A stretch of 64,000 nt of DNA from assembly GCA_004764695.1 (NCBI GenBank), contig SMSO01000037.1, forward strand, positions 2,828,747 to 2,892,746, read 5' to 3'. Positions 26,528-38,174 of this stretch are shown here, one piece after another. The notes beneath the pieces were generated by a model that was given only the letters and a program-made list of their open reading frames with translations, searched no databases and was not told where the DNA came from. This stretch comes from Schizochytrium sp. TIO01. Its lineage: Eukaryota; Protista; Bigyra: Labyrinthulomycetes. Numbering within the stretch: the first letter of the stretch is position 1; the number at the start of each line of letters is the position of its first letter. Both the position numbers and the translations under genes were made by a program.

Positions 26528-26869
26528 TTTCTTCGCGCGGACTCGAGGCCGGCGACCTTAAGCTCTCGGGATGACTTGGAGAGCACAGCGGAGTTAGGAA
26601 GCTTGCGTGAAAGCTCGCATCGCATCGACGTGGAGGTCGGCGAGAATGGATCAGCTCAGCTTGGAGGGAGAGAGAACCGAAGGTTTGCGGCGCTGGGCTC
26701 GGGTTTGGACTCGAGGCTGCGTGACGCAGAGAGGAGAAAGAAAAGCAGACTCGCCGCCCTGGAAGGTGGCGATGATGACGCTGGACAGCTCGACGGACAG
26801 CCGCAGCTGCTGCTTTCGAGGCGGCGGCAGTAGAGGTATAGTATGTCTGCATAGAGAGGTACACCCACA

Positions 26870-27008
26870 CATACATTCATACATTCATACATACATACAT
26901 TTATACATTCATACATTCATACATTCATAAATTCATACATTCATACATTCATACATTCATACATTCATACATTCATACATTCATACATTCATACACTCAT
27001 ACATACAT
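26870..27008. repeat. (ATACATTC)n octamer microsatellite
   Basis: Directly visible. Confidence 0.9.
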
Positions 27009-27731
27009 GAGTAGTTAGATACAGTTTGAGAAGAACTCCAAAGGATCCAAGTCGAAAAAGGATGAAAGGTCAAGACCCGGACGGGTCCAAGATGCGCTTG
27101 TTTCTCATTGGGCGTGGCACGAAAGTGTGTCGAGACCCTTTTTTCTTTCTCGTTTTCTTTATTTTCATTTTCTCCTTCCTGCTCAGGCCTGAACAGATCT
27201 CCCTACAAACGTTTTGGTCCTCTTTCTTCTATTCTATTTTTAAAAGGAAAGACGTTCTTTATCATTATGAGTCTCCTTCTTCTTCTTCTTCATCTTCTCC
27301 TTTCAATAACACTTTTTAATCATAAAATCATTAAACATGATCAAGAATCAACATTAACTTTTAATAATAATAATAATAATAGCAATGACAACGCCTCTTT
27401 AGGTTTTTTTGCTGCTTGTCTTTCTTTTATTCTAAAACACATAACCCATAATCTAAACAAATACTCAAGTTGAACACTGATGTCCAGGATACCTAAGCAC
27501 CATCATCGAGACCGGTCGCGGGAGCGTGCGTGCGTTTCGCCCCTGGCAAGCACATTGACACCGCTAATGCCGCCCCTTGCCAGCGCCTGGCTCGCCTGTG
27601 GCCGAGGTGTGCGTGCGTGCGTGCGTGCGTGAATATGGTGTCTGCCAGAGCCGCTCTGTTGAGCAGCACCATCACTTATTCTCCACTGTACCCACTGACT
27701 GAGAACGAAAGTCCCAACTAAAGTACCAAAC

Positions 27732-27934
<203 letters not shown>

Positions 27935-28684
27935 CCTGGGAATTACAATTACAAGCATTGCGGTAATGGCACATTAGCTCAGAGCATCTTCGAGCTGGAG
28001 ACGCGCGCTTCCAGCCGCGAAAGACATGCTGCAGATGCACGCTCTGCCCGCATGAGCTGCGCTCAACCAGCAGCTCGAAAGGGCCGAGGCAGGCAGTCTT
28101 CTGTCTGAAAGATGCCCAGGAAAACGTGGACTGCGCATCGCGAAAGAAACCTCGGCAAACCTGAACCTGCGAAAGGAGAAAAGCAGAAAAGCGGCCACCA
28201 TCGCTCGCAGCAGCACGCAAGCAGGCGGTCCCATCAGGCAGGCAGGGTACCTGTCTCTTGCAGCCCTTGCCAAAGTGGCGGCAAGAGCCCTGAGCGCCTC
28301 CATGTATTCTCCTTTCTGTCTCTCTATCTCCAGAGGCCTGTACGTAAAAAGACACTCCAAGGGCAAGGTTCACATAACAGAGAAAGAGCGGTTACAATGG
28401 AACTGGAGCTCCGAAAATTGAGGCAATGGCGGCACTCGAGGACTCACTCTCTCATGGTTGAAGACCAGAGAGACACAGGAGAGCAACGGCGGCAGACCTA
28501 CGGGTTCGTCTTCAGTCGCCAGGCGCCTGCAGGACTCCAGACAGACTTGAGGCGGCGCAAGCGAGACTGAAATGCCTTGAGGCTGCTTCCTTGTATACTT
28601 GGGGTACACTTACTTTTACTACTGCTGGAGATTCATTCTCGTGCGGCGAGACCATAGCGCGTTTGCTCCGCCTTCTGATCCGCC

Positions 28685-29101
28685 ATGGCAACAGAGGGCC
28701 TCGTTGCTGAGGCCCCTCTTCTGGCACTCCTGGCGCTCCTTGTTGTACTTCTTTCTGCGTTTCTTTTCGCTCTTCAGAAGAGATCTCGATCGAGGTCAGA
28801 GCGCCATGAGGTCATCGCAGCACAACGTCGCGACGATATGCGTCGCGTGCGGGAGAGGCAGCAAAAAGAGCAAGATGAAGCGAGCAACCAAGCTCGCAGC
28901 GACGAGAAAGCTCGAAAGCGGAGGGCTCGCGAGGAACAGGAGGCCAGGCAACGCGTCCTTCGCGAAGACCGCCCAAGTGCCACTTCAAGTTCAAATATTT
29001 TGAACTCGAATTTGAATTCCGCCTCACGTCGCCAGGAAGTCCACCGCCCTGCACGGTTCTGGGGCGCAGACCGCTGTCGCCCACGTGGAGGCTGAGGCTA
29101 A
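28685..29101 (+). CDS. Selenoprotein S/K family protein (SELENOS/VIMP-like), Sec encoded by UGA at 29093-29095; 138 aa
   Basis: Single N-terminal TM helix (LLALLALLVVLLSAFLFAL), charged coiled coil (QRRDDMRRVRERQQKEQDE) and a disordered Arg/Gly tail ending CGT GGA GGC TGA GGC TAA = R-G-G-U-G-stop, the SelS-type C-terminus. A SECIS-like stem lies downstream. Confidence 0.85.
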
Positions 29102-29306
29102 AGCGCGGCTTCGCTACCGCCAGTGCCAGGAGAGAATTCTTTGTGAACCTCCCTCGCGCTCGCGATCGCAGAAGTCTGCGCAGATTTTTGTTTAATTCGA
29201 AATCTTGTTGCTGGGTTTGACCTCGCTTTATGCCGCTAATAAAACTTTCCTGCGCGCAGAGAACCCTTCAGCTACTACCAGGATGCTACTGCAACTCGAA
29301 CGCTCC

Positions 29307-29379
29307 ATGACGCGCCCGTCCTGAAAAATCCCCCGTGTTTCCTCGTCCCAGGAAACTCAGGACGTACCTAGGCGTCGAG
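29307..29379 (+). promoter_or_regulatory. Candidate SECIS element (form 2-like) in the 3' UTR of the selenoprotein gene
   Basis: ATGAC core (29307) + GCGCC-CGTCCTG (12 nt) + AAAAA + apical mini-stem GTTTCCT/AGGAAAC + CAGGACG + [TACCTA bulge] + GGCGT + CGAG. This gives a UGAN/NGAN quartet and a 12-bp helix II. Confidence 0.72.
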
Positions 29380-29913
29380 AGGCCTCCGCTCAAGCCATTG
29401 CCTTGACGTACGAGTGCTGCAACTGCTCCACACCAATGATACTTAGATAGACAACTAGGTAGTCAGACAGGCGCCCGAACGTTGACCAGCTTTTAGACCT
29501 CTTTGCAGACGTACACCCCGGGCATGTATATTTCAACGCCTCGTATAATCGACGCTAGCTCTCTAAGACTATTTTTCTCCTACGTACGTAACATTCCACG
29601 TGGAAGTCCGAAGGCGATTTGATTGTCTAATTTGTCAAAAGCCCTCCCAGCACAATTTCCTTCGGCGCCTCTCCTGAGAACAAGCGTATCCGATGGATGA
29701 AGTTCTGCATCCATGTAATGTACATCATATTCCTTCCATTTCTTAGTAGTCTTACTGTCACGAAGCTTTAACATATCTTCTCAACCATCTACTACATCGA
29801 CAATATCTTCTCTATATTTTAAATTTCAAAATTCTCTTCATCAAGCTTTTTCAATAATATTTTCAATTCAAGCATCATAAAGGTTTTCGTAAACCTTGCC
29901 AATAGCGTCTACA

Positions 29914-30774
29914 TCATCCTTGTAATTCTTTAAATCCCCCTGCGGCCCTTGCGAGGTGCATGGAGTAAACGTATGGTAATTTGAGTCTTTCGTCTGCTCC
30001 ACACACCACGAGCAGCTGGGCAATCTCTGCGAGTGCCTCTCTTGCCACTCTCGTATGACCCGATGTTCCTTCGACCCGTGCAAGAGCCGCCTCCACGATT
30101 CTGAAGCAGAAGTAGCTGTTTACCGTACCGTGTTCGAGGCCCACCCCTGCCTTTAAAAGCTCCTGGAACGAAGTTCTCGCAGCTCGAAGCATCACCCTCG
30201 CTACAAGAGCTGCGTTTGCGTCAATAGCAGCGGTTGCAACTATCATTGCTCGGCCACCTGCATCATGCGATCGCATAACAAGATCTCCAAGCGCTGCCAC
30301 AAATACCTCAAGTCCACCTCGATCGCGTTCACAAAGCCTGCGAAGATCCATCTCCACAAGGTCTTCCGCAGATATTCCGGTTTCCACAAAGAGTAAAGCC
30401 TGACAGAACCCCACCGCAGACGCAGCCGATGCTAAGAACCCTTTCTGCACAGCGAGGAGTCGTCCTGGTCTTGCTGCTCCACTAACTTTCGAGTTCCTAC
30501 CTGAATTAGCACAGGCCTCCTTAACCAAGGCAACTGCGACAGCTACAGCAACGATTTTCTTCTCTCTGAGCAGAGAGCCCGTCTCACAGTTTGAAGAGTC
30601 TTTACCTTCAGAAGCCTTTGCCTTTGCCTTCGTCCCTGTTGCTGGTACTGGTGGTACTGGTGGTACTGGTGCTGCTGGTGCTGTTGGTGCTGCTGGTGCT
30701 GTTGGTGGTGTTATCTCCGCCATAGGTGATGAGTTGGCTTCAGGCTTTGCTTTCGTGCTTTGGATCCTGTCCAT
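29914..30774 (-). CDS. Hypothetical protein (Pro/Ala-rich N-terminus, weak ankyrin-like segments); 3' end possibly degraded
   Basis: 286-aa ATG-initiated ORF with PTAPAA/PVP repeats and the segments LLKAGVGLE and IAQLLVVCGAD. Coding-like fragments continue out of frame to ~29580. Confidence 0.45.
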   Translation of the reverse strand: MDRIQSTKAKPEANSSPMAEITPPTAPAAPTAPAAPVPPVPPVPATGTKAKAKASEGKDSSNCETGSLLREKKIVAVAVAVALVKEACANSGRNSKVSGAARPGRLLAVQKGFLASAASAVGFCQALLFVETGISAEDLVEMDLRRLCERDRGGLEVFVAALGDLVMRSHDAGGRAMIVATAAIDANAALVARVMLRAARTSFQELLKAGVGLEHGTVNSYFCFRIVEAALARVEGTSGHTRVAREALAEIAQLLVVCGADERLKLPYVYSMHLARAAGGFKELQG

Positions 30775-31263
30775 GTTCTTTTTCTTGTCGAGCTTGACTG
30801 CACCCTTTCAACTTGATCTATGTCCAGAATTACGCTCAGCTATAAAGTAATGCAGCAACCAAGAATCAGAGGAAAGTGTCGAGAGGAGTTGCCGTGTCTT
30901 CCGCTAGCTAATTGCTCTTCTCCGTGTTATTTCACTAAATAATTCCGAAGATTGAATAGAATTGAGGTTTTGCTGGAGCCCGATAGATTTAAAATACAAA
31001 TTTCAAATAGTATTTCAGATACTGTGAGAGATATGAGCGCGAAAGAAGTGAGAGAGTTACGTACAAAGATGTGGTAAAAGAAGCTGAATGAATCTGAGAG
31101 GCGAGAATATTGAATGGCCAAGCGTTTTTAGCGAAGCGTGGCTCGAAAGTTAATTATACAACGAATAACCGCCATTGTTTTTAATTTGCAGCCTTGGGGT
31201 CCCTAGATAAGTAAGGTTCAGTCGGTCTCCAAGAAGTTCTTTCATTGTAAATTAAAGAAGAAG

Positions 31264-32346
31264 TCAAGACCCACTGATCAGTCGGTGAGTGCTCGCCTCG
31301 AAGTCATCAAGGTATTCAAGAAATGCAGTAGTGCTTGCATCTGGCATATCCCCGCTACGGTTGAGGGCTTCAGCATCGCCTGTGAATGAGAGACGACTTG
31401 CGTTTTCGTGCAGCTTGCCAAGCTCAAGCTCGTGGAGACGCTGAATCTCCTTAACTTCAGCTTCGTGCAGCTTATGAAGACGGTGCTTCTCCTTTGCGCG
31501 CAAAGTACGCTCTGTTTCTAGTTCGCTTTCTGCTAATTGGAGGTGCGCCTCCAAGGCACGAATCTTCTTTTCTGCAGCCTCCGCACGACCCTGCCAATAG
31601 GACAAGGATGCAACACCACCCCTTAGAGGCGGTGGACTATACTTTGCGCTCGAACCACTTATGTTACTTAAACGCGAGCGGGAATTTTCGTTTTGTTCGT
31701 CACCAAAGCCTGTATAAATATCATCATCATCATCATCACCACCATCATCGTACGAAGTAACAACCAAATCGTACTTGTTGTTCTTGTCGACATCTAATTC
31801 ATCAAGAAACTTGCTTTCCCGAGCTGGTCTCGATGTCAACCTTTGAGAACTTGAAGATCTTTGTGAAGATACCCTTGGTCTCGACGTTGCAGATGAAACT
31901 TTCGCCGACGAAAAGCCTGATTGTTGCCGCCTCCGAGGCGAAGAGACCACTTTGAAAGTTGGGCTTCGAGGTGCTCGAACAAGGAGATACGTCGGTAGAG
32001 TCTGCAAAGGGCCCAGGTCCGGCACTTTGGTAAAAGGTTCACTCAGCTCCCCATCCTGTAGTTGTTTGAGCAAGAGTCGAGCGTACGCATTCCGATTGCG
32101 CCTCCACTCTACGCTTGACATGGGCTCGCATAGTTTATCAAGCCACTGTTTTACTCGAATCTTGGTGTGTCGCGTGGACTCGATGTCCTGGTTGAAACGA
32201 TCCAAGCGCTCCAGTAAAGCTAGAAACTCCCGATCGCCTTGCTTTAACGAATCGTTATACTGTGCCTGCCTTGCATGGTATTCAGCCTTTTCATAATTCC
32301 TCGTGCGAACGATATTCCTCGTTAGTTTTTCCTTCGTCCTCGACAT
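31264..32346 (-). CDS. DUF4485-domain coiled-coil protein (CEP112/CCDC46 N-terminal domain-like); 360 aa
   Basis: RVKQWLDKLCEP…WRRNRNAYARLLLKQLQDGELSEPFTKVPDLGPLQTLP matches the DUF4485 signature (W..KL…RN.Y..LL..L..G.L..PF...P..GPL..LP). C-terminal coiled coil. Confidence 0.8.
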   Translation of the reverse strand: MSRTKEKLTRNIVRTRNYEKAEYHARQAQYNDSLKQGDREFLALLERLDRFNQDIESTRHTKIRVKQWLDKLCEPMSSVEWRRNRNAYARLLLKQLQDGELSEPFTKVPDLGPLQTLPTYLLVRAPRSPTFKVVSSPRRRQQSGFSSAKVSSATSRPRVSSQRSSSSQRLTSRPARESKFLDELDVDKNNKYDLVVTSYDDGGDDDDDDIYTGFGDEQNENSRSRLSNISGSSAKYSPPPLRGGVASLSYWQGRAEAAEKKIRALEAHLQLAESELETERTLRAKEKHRLHKLHEAEVKEIQRLHELELGKLHENASRLSFTGDAEALNRSGDMPDASTTAFLEYLDDFEASTHRLISGS

Positions 32347-33308
32347 TCCTTATTTTTCCAAAGACCTACCGTAGCAGAACGCAGCGAAGATGCGGTTGAG
32401 GACCCCGTGCCTGGCCTGCGCAAAGGACGTGGTGGGCGAGTTTGACGCATCCTCTCCAGTCGAGCTTGTAGCTTCGCGGTACCCAAGCTCAACAGCGCTA
32501 GAACTCGTTTGGTTTCTGCAGAATAGCGCAGCGCTGATATGAGTGAGGTTGCCATCCCTTCTTTCCTTTTTTTTAAACCAAGCCGTTGTCTACTATATAG
32601 TCTTAGTAGGTAATAGCAGGTGACAACCAAATGAAGGAGGAGTACAAAACCAATTGCATTATATTAGCCTCAGCAAGATTTGTATATGTGTTTGCGATAT
32701 TTAATTCACACAGTTATTAACTCTTACGCTGCTTTCTCTAGTAAGTGGCTGTCGAAAGAAATAGATAGAAGCCAAAAAGATCAGATGGAGTGGAACATTG
32801 AAATGCATTTGGTAAAGTCGAATGAGACTTGACCTTTCCTGACGGAGTGTCAAGATAACTCTTTTAATAGAAGCTCCAAGAAATCTATCTAGCTTGCTCA
32901 ATACTACAACATTATATACAGATAGCAAACGTAAACAACTCAGTTCCCATAGGCACGTATCTAAAATGCATGGAAAAAAAATTACAATCCTGTTTTAGAT
33001 TGTTAACTATTTGATGGAACAGGTACTAGCAGAATCAACTCCAAAAAATGGCTTCATGATAATTTACTTTTTTCTGTTCTGTAAAACTTCATTTGGGAGG
33101 TTATAGAACTAAAATACGTGCACTAATGTAAAGCACTACTACACTATGTAAGTCTCTGAAATTCCATGCATAAGTTCATTCAGAGGAAATACCTTATTTG
33201 GAGAAGGGGAGTCCTCATGCAAAAAAAGTTCATGGCATGGCCTACTACACTAGATTTTTAATATTGCTTAATTCATTAAAGTAATTGTTACACATGGGAA
33301 CACGAGGA

Positions 33309-33513
33309 CTACTGCTGGTTACATTGTTCCTGTTGATTTTCATCCAGCTGATTCGATTGTTTTCCTTCGGAATTTAGCCTATGTTTAATTGAAGGGGGCG
33401 GTGAAGGTCGCGGCTTAAGCGAGTTTCGTGCTGATCCAGAGATAGAACCTGGTGACCCTCCAACTGACTCATTCGAATCGCGCCAGCGCAAGGGTGGAAC
33501 TTTGCTTCCCGAC

Positions 33514-33548
<35 letters not shown>

Positions 33549-36184
33549 ATGCTGTTGATAGCGCTGCTGCTCCATGTAGTGCTGCTGTTGCTGCTCCTGA
33601 AGTTGAATTTGGAGGTGTTGTTGTTTATTAGCAAGTCTCTCAAGTTTTAGTCTGAGATTCGTGTTCTCGGCCTCAAGATCCTCGTTGACTTGGTGCAACT
33701 TCTGCATTTTATTTTCTGCTTCCTTGCGAGCTGTGAGCTCACTGGTTCGTGCCATTGTAAGCATATGCATTTCTTGTTGAAGTTCCTGGCGTTCATTCTC
33801 ATAATTACGAATCATCTCCGAAAGACCCTTGTTGCTGCTAGATCCACCAGAAGGGACGCTGCCGCCGCCTCCACCGTTCTCCCGCAATCGTTTGTTGTCC
33901 ATCAAAAGCTTCTTGTTTTGTGCTGCAAGACGCTCCAGGTCGGCAGCCATGTGCTCACCGCCGATGCCAGAAACTCCATCTCCACCTGATCCCTGACTCC
34001 GCTGCACCTGGACGCTTTTAAGCTGGCGCCGAAGTTGTGTAAGTTGATACTGCAATTCAGCTGCCCTATGGCGATTCTTCTCACTCTGCTGCTCTGTAAC
34101 CATCCGCTGCTCGTGCTCGTGGTTTAAGCGAGCCTTCCCATGCTCCAGCTGACTTTCTAGGCCAGCAATACGACGCTCATGCGTCTGGTTAGAGTCTTGC
34201 AATGTGTGTTCAAGTGTAGAATATTCCTCTTGGAGGGTCGATAAGGCAGCATCCTTTTCTTTGAATTGCTCCTGAAGAGCTTGAAGCTGTTCATTGCTTG
34301 CGGTATGGTTTGTCATGTACTCCTGCAACAGCGCCTGCGTGCTCTGAAGCTCCCCTTCGATGATAAGCCGCTCTCCAGTGAGCTTCTCTTCAAGGGCAGC
34401 CCTCCGTGTCTCCTCCGCAAGGATAGCAGCAAGCCTCTCCTGCTCGCAAGACTCGGAAAGGGACTTGAGCTCAGCCTCGTGGCGGATTGCAGCTTCCCGA
34501 GCAGTTTCTTCACTCATACGCAATTGACTCTGAAACTTGTTCGCTTCTGCTTCCCAATGGTCGCCTCGTTTTACTGCACTGCGAAGGTCTCGTTGCAGGC
34601 GCTCATTGACTCCAGTGAGGCTATCAGCATCAAGCCGCAACTTTGATAGGTTTTCTTCACTGTGCCCAGCTAGTTCTCCACGAAGTCTTGCTGTCTCCTT
34701 TCGTAAGAACTCTAGCTCTTCACGCACTTGCGGGTTCAATTCAGAAATTCCTAGAACCTGAGAAGGTTCATCATGACCAAGGTCAGCAGCCAAACTTGAC
34801 TGCAGCGAACGATTTTCTTCCAAAGTATCCGATGCAGAGCGGCGCAAGGCGTCTCGTTCCATCCGTAAAGCTTCGATTTGCTCGTCTTTTTCTTGTAAAA
34901 GAATTTTCGATTCGCTGCCCTTCATTTGAGCTTCAATGAGAGCGTTTCTACATGTTTGAAGCTCGCTTCGAAGTTTAGTAGCATCCTGACACTTTTGTTC
35001 TGTCTCAAGGTTCTTTTCAATTAGACGTTCGTTTGCCTCTTCGAGTTCAGTAATGCGTTGAGAAAGATCCGAGGAATTGTTCAATTTGTCACGGAGCTTG
35101 GCAATAGTTGCGTCCTTCTTACTAGCATCCTTTGCTTGGGACTTGAACAACTCAAGCTGGTCTCGAAGATCTTCTGACTCTTGTAACTTTTTACGGTGCT
35201 CGTCCAAAGCACTTTGCAAGCTAGTAAGCTCTGCTGTTTTAGCCTCAAGATCCGCTGCAAGCTGCGCTTGGGTTTCCTGGTAAGTGTCCTCCAGCTCCAA
35301 TTCGCGCCGGCGAAGCATTTCTCGGCCCTCTTGACGCACCTTAGCAAGTTCGTTTGCGTGGTCGTCAATTTGTTTTTGTAACTCCTCATTTTCTAGCAAG
35401 AGACGACGACTGGCATGCCTAGCTCCATGGGCCTGCTGGGCAGGCGTAAATGGCGAGTCTGCAGGAGTTGGGGGTGGTGCCTCTTTTGCGACAGCAATCC
35501 TTTTCAGTGCTTGATCAACTTCGACCATAAGGAAATGTTGAGTCCCAGCCTCGAGCTCCATAATTTGCGCGACGCTGGCTTCTTTGCATGGTCCCTGCAC
35601 TGCATATCCAAGCAGGAGCTGAACGATATCAGCAACGTGGTGTGCAGGTTCGTCATATTTCCCAGAGATAACTTTGCGGCGGGTTTCTAATAAACTCTCA
35701 GCGCGGTGAACAACAGCGTCAAGAGTCTTCAGAGGAGGCCCGTCAGCTGCAGAACTGCATATACCATAACCCAGAACACAAGAACAGAAATAAAGAGAGT
35801 GCACATGAAAAGCAAGTCCAATTACACCAGATCAATTGTTGGAATGAAGGTTGAATCAAAGTCAATATAGTCCCAAGTGATAAACCGAGATAGATCGTTT
35901 GTGTTGATTCATTCGTGTTGTCAGTCAGCCACTAGTTCCCGTGCTCATTCAGAGAATATACCATTTAGCAGAAACGTTCTGCCCCGAGATGACTTGACAA
36001 CATAGCATAATAGTCAATAGTGCACTAACGCTCCCTTGCACATCACAACTTACATAGCTTGAAGAACACGACCCAATATACGTCCATCGAGAAGTTCCTC
36101 GAGGCGTTCGCAGTCCTCATCTGCTACAACATTGACCCAGTCCAAGAGACCTTGGACGTGGTCAGCAGTTCGTGTCGATGCCAT
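33309..36184 (-). CDS. Hook-family dynein adaptor; two exons, join(36054..36184, 33309..35754); 858 aa
   Basis: Exon 1 MASTRTADHVQGLLDWVNVV…EELLDGRILGRVLQAI is the start of the Hook/CH-like domain. Exon 2 has QLLLGYAVQGPCKEASVAQIMELEAGTQHFLM, LRDQLELFK…LRDKL…ITELEEAN and ELNPQVREELEFLRKE (Hook motifs), then a long coiled coil. Splice phase is consistent. Confidence 0.87.
35755..36053 (-). other. Spliceosomal GT-AG intron (299 nt) in the Hook gene
   Basis: Donor AT|GTAAGT at 36053; pyrimidine-rich tract and acceptor TGCAG|T at 35755. Joining gives in-frame ATT (Ile). Confidence 0.8.
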
Positions 36185-36858
36185 GGTGCTCTCTGTCAAA
36201 GAGCCACACACCAGCAAACTACTGCAGGCCCAAGAATTTACTTGGCGCCGTTGCTGAGTTTGCAGTTTGCTCCCTCCCGATGAAGTTGCAACGATTTTAT
36301 ATTGACGAGTGACTGACTCGGTGATTCCTGATTTCTTTCACTTTAACTTGAGTTGTTCATGGCGGTTGCACAGCGAGAGGGAACGAGGGGAACACACCGA
36401 TAGCAGAGCAAGGCCCCAAACTCCTTGATTAAAAGGAAAGTACAGGGTGTTTGACAAGAACTATGCCATACGAAGGTACCGGGCCTATGAGCTAAAGGCT
36501 TTGATAAAAAGCATTTGTTCATGATGGCCCCGTCGTTTCTTAGAATTAACTCCTTCCAATTCTGGATTGAGTCCAATAGTTTGCTTGCTTTCTCGTATTT
36601 AACAGAGAGTGTGTGATAGTGGCTAAGTAATGGCAAAGTCACACTGAGTGGCAAAACTGATTGGTACCAAGTGAATAGCTAGGTGATGAAATATGAAATT
36701 GGAGGTAAAGGGGTTATTGATTACAGAAACTCACGATCCAAAGACTCTCGCATTGTCCGAATTTAATTCAGCATGTTGCCTTTCAAAGTGGCAGGTATAC
36801 AAACACTTCTTCTTTTGTGTTGTTTTTTTTAATTGAGAGAAAAGATATATATCTACAT

Positions 36859-37932
36859 CTACAAAATGTCACACCGCGAGATAATTGCTGACCAAAGAGA
36901 GACGTCAAAGGGCGCATCATGCTGACCATCCTGATTCGTGCGCATGATATTTTGGGTGTCATCAAGGTTGCATGGCTGGCCAGCTTGTGCAACCCTTGGC
37001 CGGTCTGGGCCTGTGCGCAGCGCATCCGGAAACAGATACAAGATCTTTTGAATTCGACGGTCTGAGAGATGTTCAGGGAAAACGTAAGTATGTGCTTCTC
37101 GCCCAGCTGCTTGGTCTGCAGAAGAGCTTGGAACTCCACCGAGTATGTTGCAACGTAAGTGTGATAGCAAAACCTGCAGCACGGCGCTTGCAAATGCGTG
37201 TCCACGTTCCACTAAAGCAGCATCATCTAGGCGCCAGCCAGTAACCTCAGCATTTCCAAGTTGGTTTCTCAACGCAGCATGCAAACCTGATAAAACGGGT
37301 GCGAAGGACGTATTATTGCCAAAGTCATTTAGGATGTTCGTTAGGGCTTGGCGAAGGCATTCAGCCATCGCCTCAGTCTCGTGAAAAACGCCACTCTCAA
37401 CATCAGTAGAACCCTTATCTCCATCTGAAGCTTGTAGCTGCGCTTTTCTTGACTCTAGTAAATGAATCATTTCGTCTAAATACGCTGTGTATCGAAGCTG
37501 TGCAATTTGTACGTGAAATGCACGTCGATGATCATCCTTAAGCTTCCATAGACGAGCAAGGTGATCTTCGTCGCGAGTACTGGTCTTGCATCCAACGCGA
37601 TCAAGCCACTCAACAACTTTGTTGCCCAGAGAACCGAAATCAATTTCATTTCCCTCACGAAGCTGCTCTACGGCAAGCACCACAGCCTCGCCAGTTGTAC
37701 CGTCCACATCTTTAGGTGCATGTTGTACAAATCGAGCTTCGTCCTTGAAGAAGAACGCAGCACAGACTGTTGCCCAAGCAGAATCTTGGTCATCCGCTGC
37801 AGTGGACTTTGAGACAGACTCGCAGTCCATCTCGTTAGCAGTAGACTTCTCTTCAACAGCAATCATCACTTGAACTGAGCAAGAGGACCGGCTTGACGGG
37901 TTCGTGCGATTCGGGACTGCCTGAAAGCCCAA
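36859..37932 (-). CDS. Hypothetical protein (~330-357 aa; true start probably a downstream ATG)
   Basis: Long ORF with globular-looking composition; no family recognised. Confidence 0.65.
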   Translation of the reverse strand: MGFQAVPNRTNPSSRSSCSVQVMIAVEEKSTANEMDCESVSKSTAADDQDSAWATVCAAFFFKDEARFVQHAPKDVDGTTGEAVVLAVEQLREGNEIDFGSLGNKVVEWLDRVGCKTSTRDEDHLARLWKLKDDHRRAFHVQIAQLRYTAYLDEMIHLLESRKAQLQASDGDKGSTDVESGVFHETEAMAECLRQALTNILNDFGNNTSFAPVLSGLHAALRNQLGNAEVTGWRLDDAALVERGHAFASAVLQVLLSHLRCNILGGVPSSSADQAAGREAHTYVFPEHLSDRRIQKILYLFPDALRTGPDRPRVAQAGQPCNLDDTQNIMRTNQDGQHDAPFDVSLWSAIISRCDIL

Positions 37933-38102
37933 GAAACAAAGTCAATAAAACAAAACAAAAAGTAATGCATAGTATAATATGGCTATGTTTTTGCCTATTT
38001 GATCCACTAAGCCGCAAATTAGAATCAAGTAGTAAAAGGAAGAGACAGCGAAAAACCAAAGTTTTAAAAAATGGCAATGATCATTAAGGAGGAAAAAATA
38101 AT

Positions 38103-38174
38103 TACAACCGGCGTGGATCGAACACGCGACATTCCGCGTGTGAGGCGGACGCTCTACCACTGAGCTACGGCTGC
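38103..38174 (-). tRNA. tRNA-Val(CAC), copy 1
   Basis: GCAGCCG-TA-GCTC-AGTGGTA-GAGC-G-TCCGC-CT[CAC]AC-GCGGA-ATGTC-GCGTG-TTCGATC-CACGC-CGGTTGT-A. Full cloverleaf, with a downstream oligo-T Pol III terminator. Confidence 0.97.
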
